A stretch of 33,867 bases of DNA. Source: Candidatus Micrarchaeota archaeon (GTDB taxonomy: Archaea; Micrarchaeota; Micrarchaeia; Anstonellales; Anstonellaceae). Shown here piece by piece: positions 33,223-33,867 of this stretch; position 1 is the first letter of the stretch, and every line of letters begins with the position of its first letter. Made by a program: the position numbers and the translations under genes. The stretch lies in NCBI GenBank assembly GCA_043810635.1, contig JBDRNY010000067.1, forward strand, positions 1 to 33,867, given 5' to 3'. The notes beneath the pieces are model-generated. The model did no database searches. It was given only the letters and a program-made list of their open reading frames with translations, and was not told the origin of the DNA.

Positions 33223-33867
33223 TTACTTAATTTGTGTTTCGTAGATAGTATAGTAGTCCCTGAGGCTAAATAATTGCTTGTGGATTATATACCATTTCCC
33301 TGCAGTGTAAGAGCCAGTATTGCTAATTTCTATCCAAATCTTGCCGTCATCTTTGGAGCTTGGGAGTAAATTTCCCCCATCAAATGCAGTATCCTTAGCA
33401 TCTGCACAATTTCCTCCAAAAACCATTGGGTATGCAAGCAGAGACCCATCAAACTGTTTTTTGTTAGGGTCGATAACATAGAATTCCATAGATGAAATAT
33501 ATTGCGTATCAATGCCCATATTCTCAGCAATTACATCAAAAACAATATAGGTGTCTTTGTCATTGGAATAACTGCTTGTGCAAACTTTTACCTGTGGATT
33601 TGAAACAGTTATTCTTAAATCTCCCACATCCGCAGAAGTTCCTGGTTTCAGAGCAGGACAATCATTGTCATTGAACACGTTGCAGCCTTCTGGGCACGTG
33701 CCATCGCCATCAGCACACTCAACAACCACTACTCCTGCTTCTTCGGGTTCTGGGGCGATAGCTTCAGTGTCTTTTGTAGTGTCTGGAGGTTCAGTAGTTG
33801 TTTTCTTAGTAGTGGTACCAACATTATCGCTCAATTCAAACAAGGTTATATAGCTGCCTTTCTGGAA
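33223..33867 (-). CDS. Surface/secreted protein, 5'-truncated: Thr-rich linker, Cys/Asp repeat, C-terminal DUF4352-like Ig domain
   Basis: Frame is open to the window edge. TTTKKTTTEPP, CADGDGTCPEGCNVFNDNDC, YIVFDVIAENMG...FYVIDP...LLPSSKDDGKIWIE. Confidence 0.7.
   Translation of the reverse strand, partial: FQKGSYITLFELSDNVGTTTKKTTTEPPDTTKDTEAIAPEPEEAGVVVVECADGDGTCPEGCNVFNDNDCPALKPGTSADVGDLRITVSNPQVKVCTSSYSNDKDTYIVFDVIAENMGIDTQYISSMEFYVIDPNKKQFDGSLLAYPMVFGGNCADAKDTAFDGGNLLPSSKDDGKIWIEISNTGSYTAGKWYIIHKQLFSLRDYYTIYETQIK

Overview
AT-rich archaeal chromosomal window, most consistent with a DPANN lineage such as Micrarchaeota. This is an inference from the histone, RadA, archaeal SRP RNA, class III signal-peptide pilin, GGTG/GAGGTGA RBSs, TTTAAA/TTTATA promoters and short Hef and NFACT proteins. 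Housekeeping genes: threonine dehydrogenase, phosphohexomutase, Ap4A hydrolase, intein-containing radA, Sec61beta, HD dNTPase, AMMECR1, EndA-like subunit, cysS, histone, NFACT, Hef helicase, P-type ATPase, FtsZ paralog, SRP RNA and tRNA-Ser(GCT). Accessory elements: two catalytically intact tnpB (IS200/IS605) elements, two toxin-antitoxin-like pairs, an SLT lytic-transglycosylase-like protein and two unannotated paralogous zinc-finger microproteins. The strongest unexplained signal is a TGGAA-N9-TTCC(A) box just upstream of a TATA box at three places: before a wHTH/RelE-like pair, before a DUF736-like gene plus radA, and 23 kb away (25/26 identical to the first copy) before a tnpB that runs into ftsZ. 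This suggests an SOS-like regulon, and possibly a tnpB element inserted in the TATA box of ftsZ. All family assignments come from motif recognition by eye; no searches were run.
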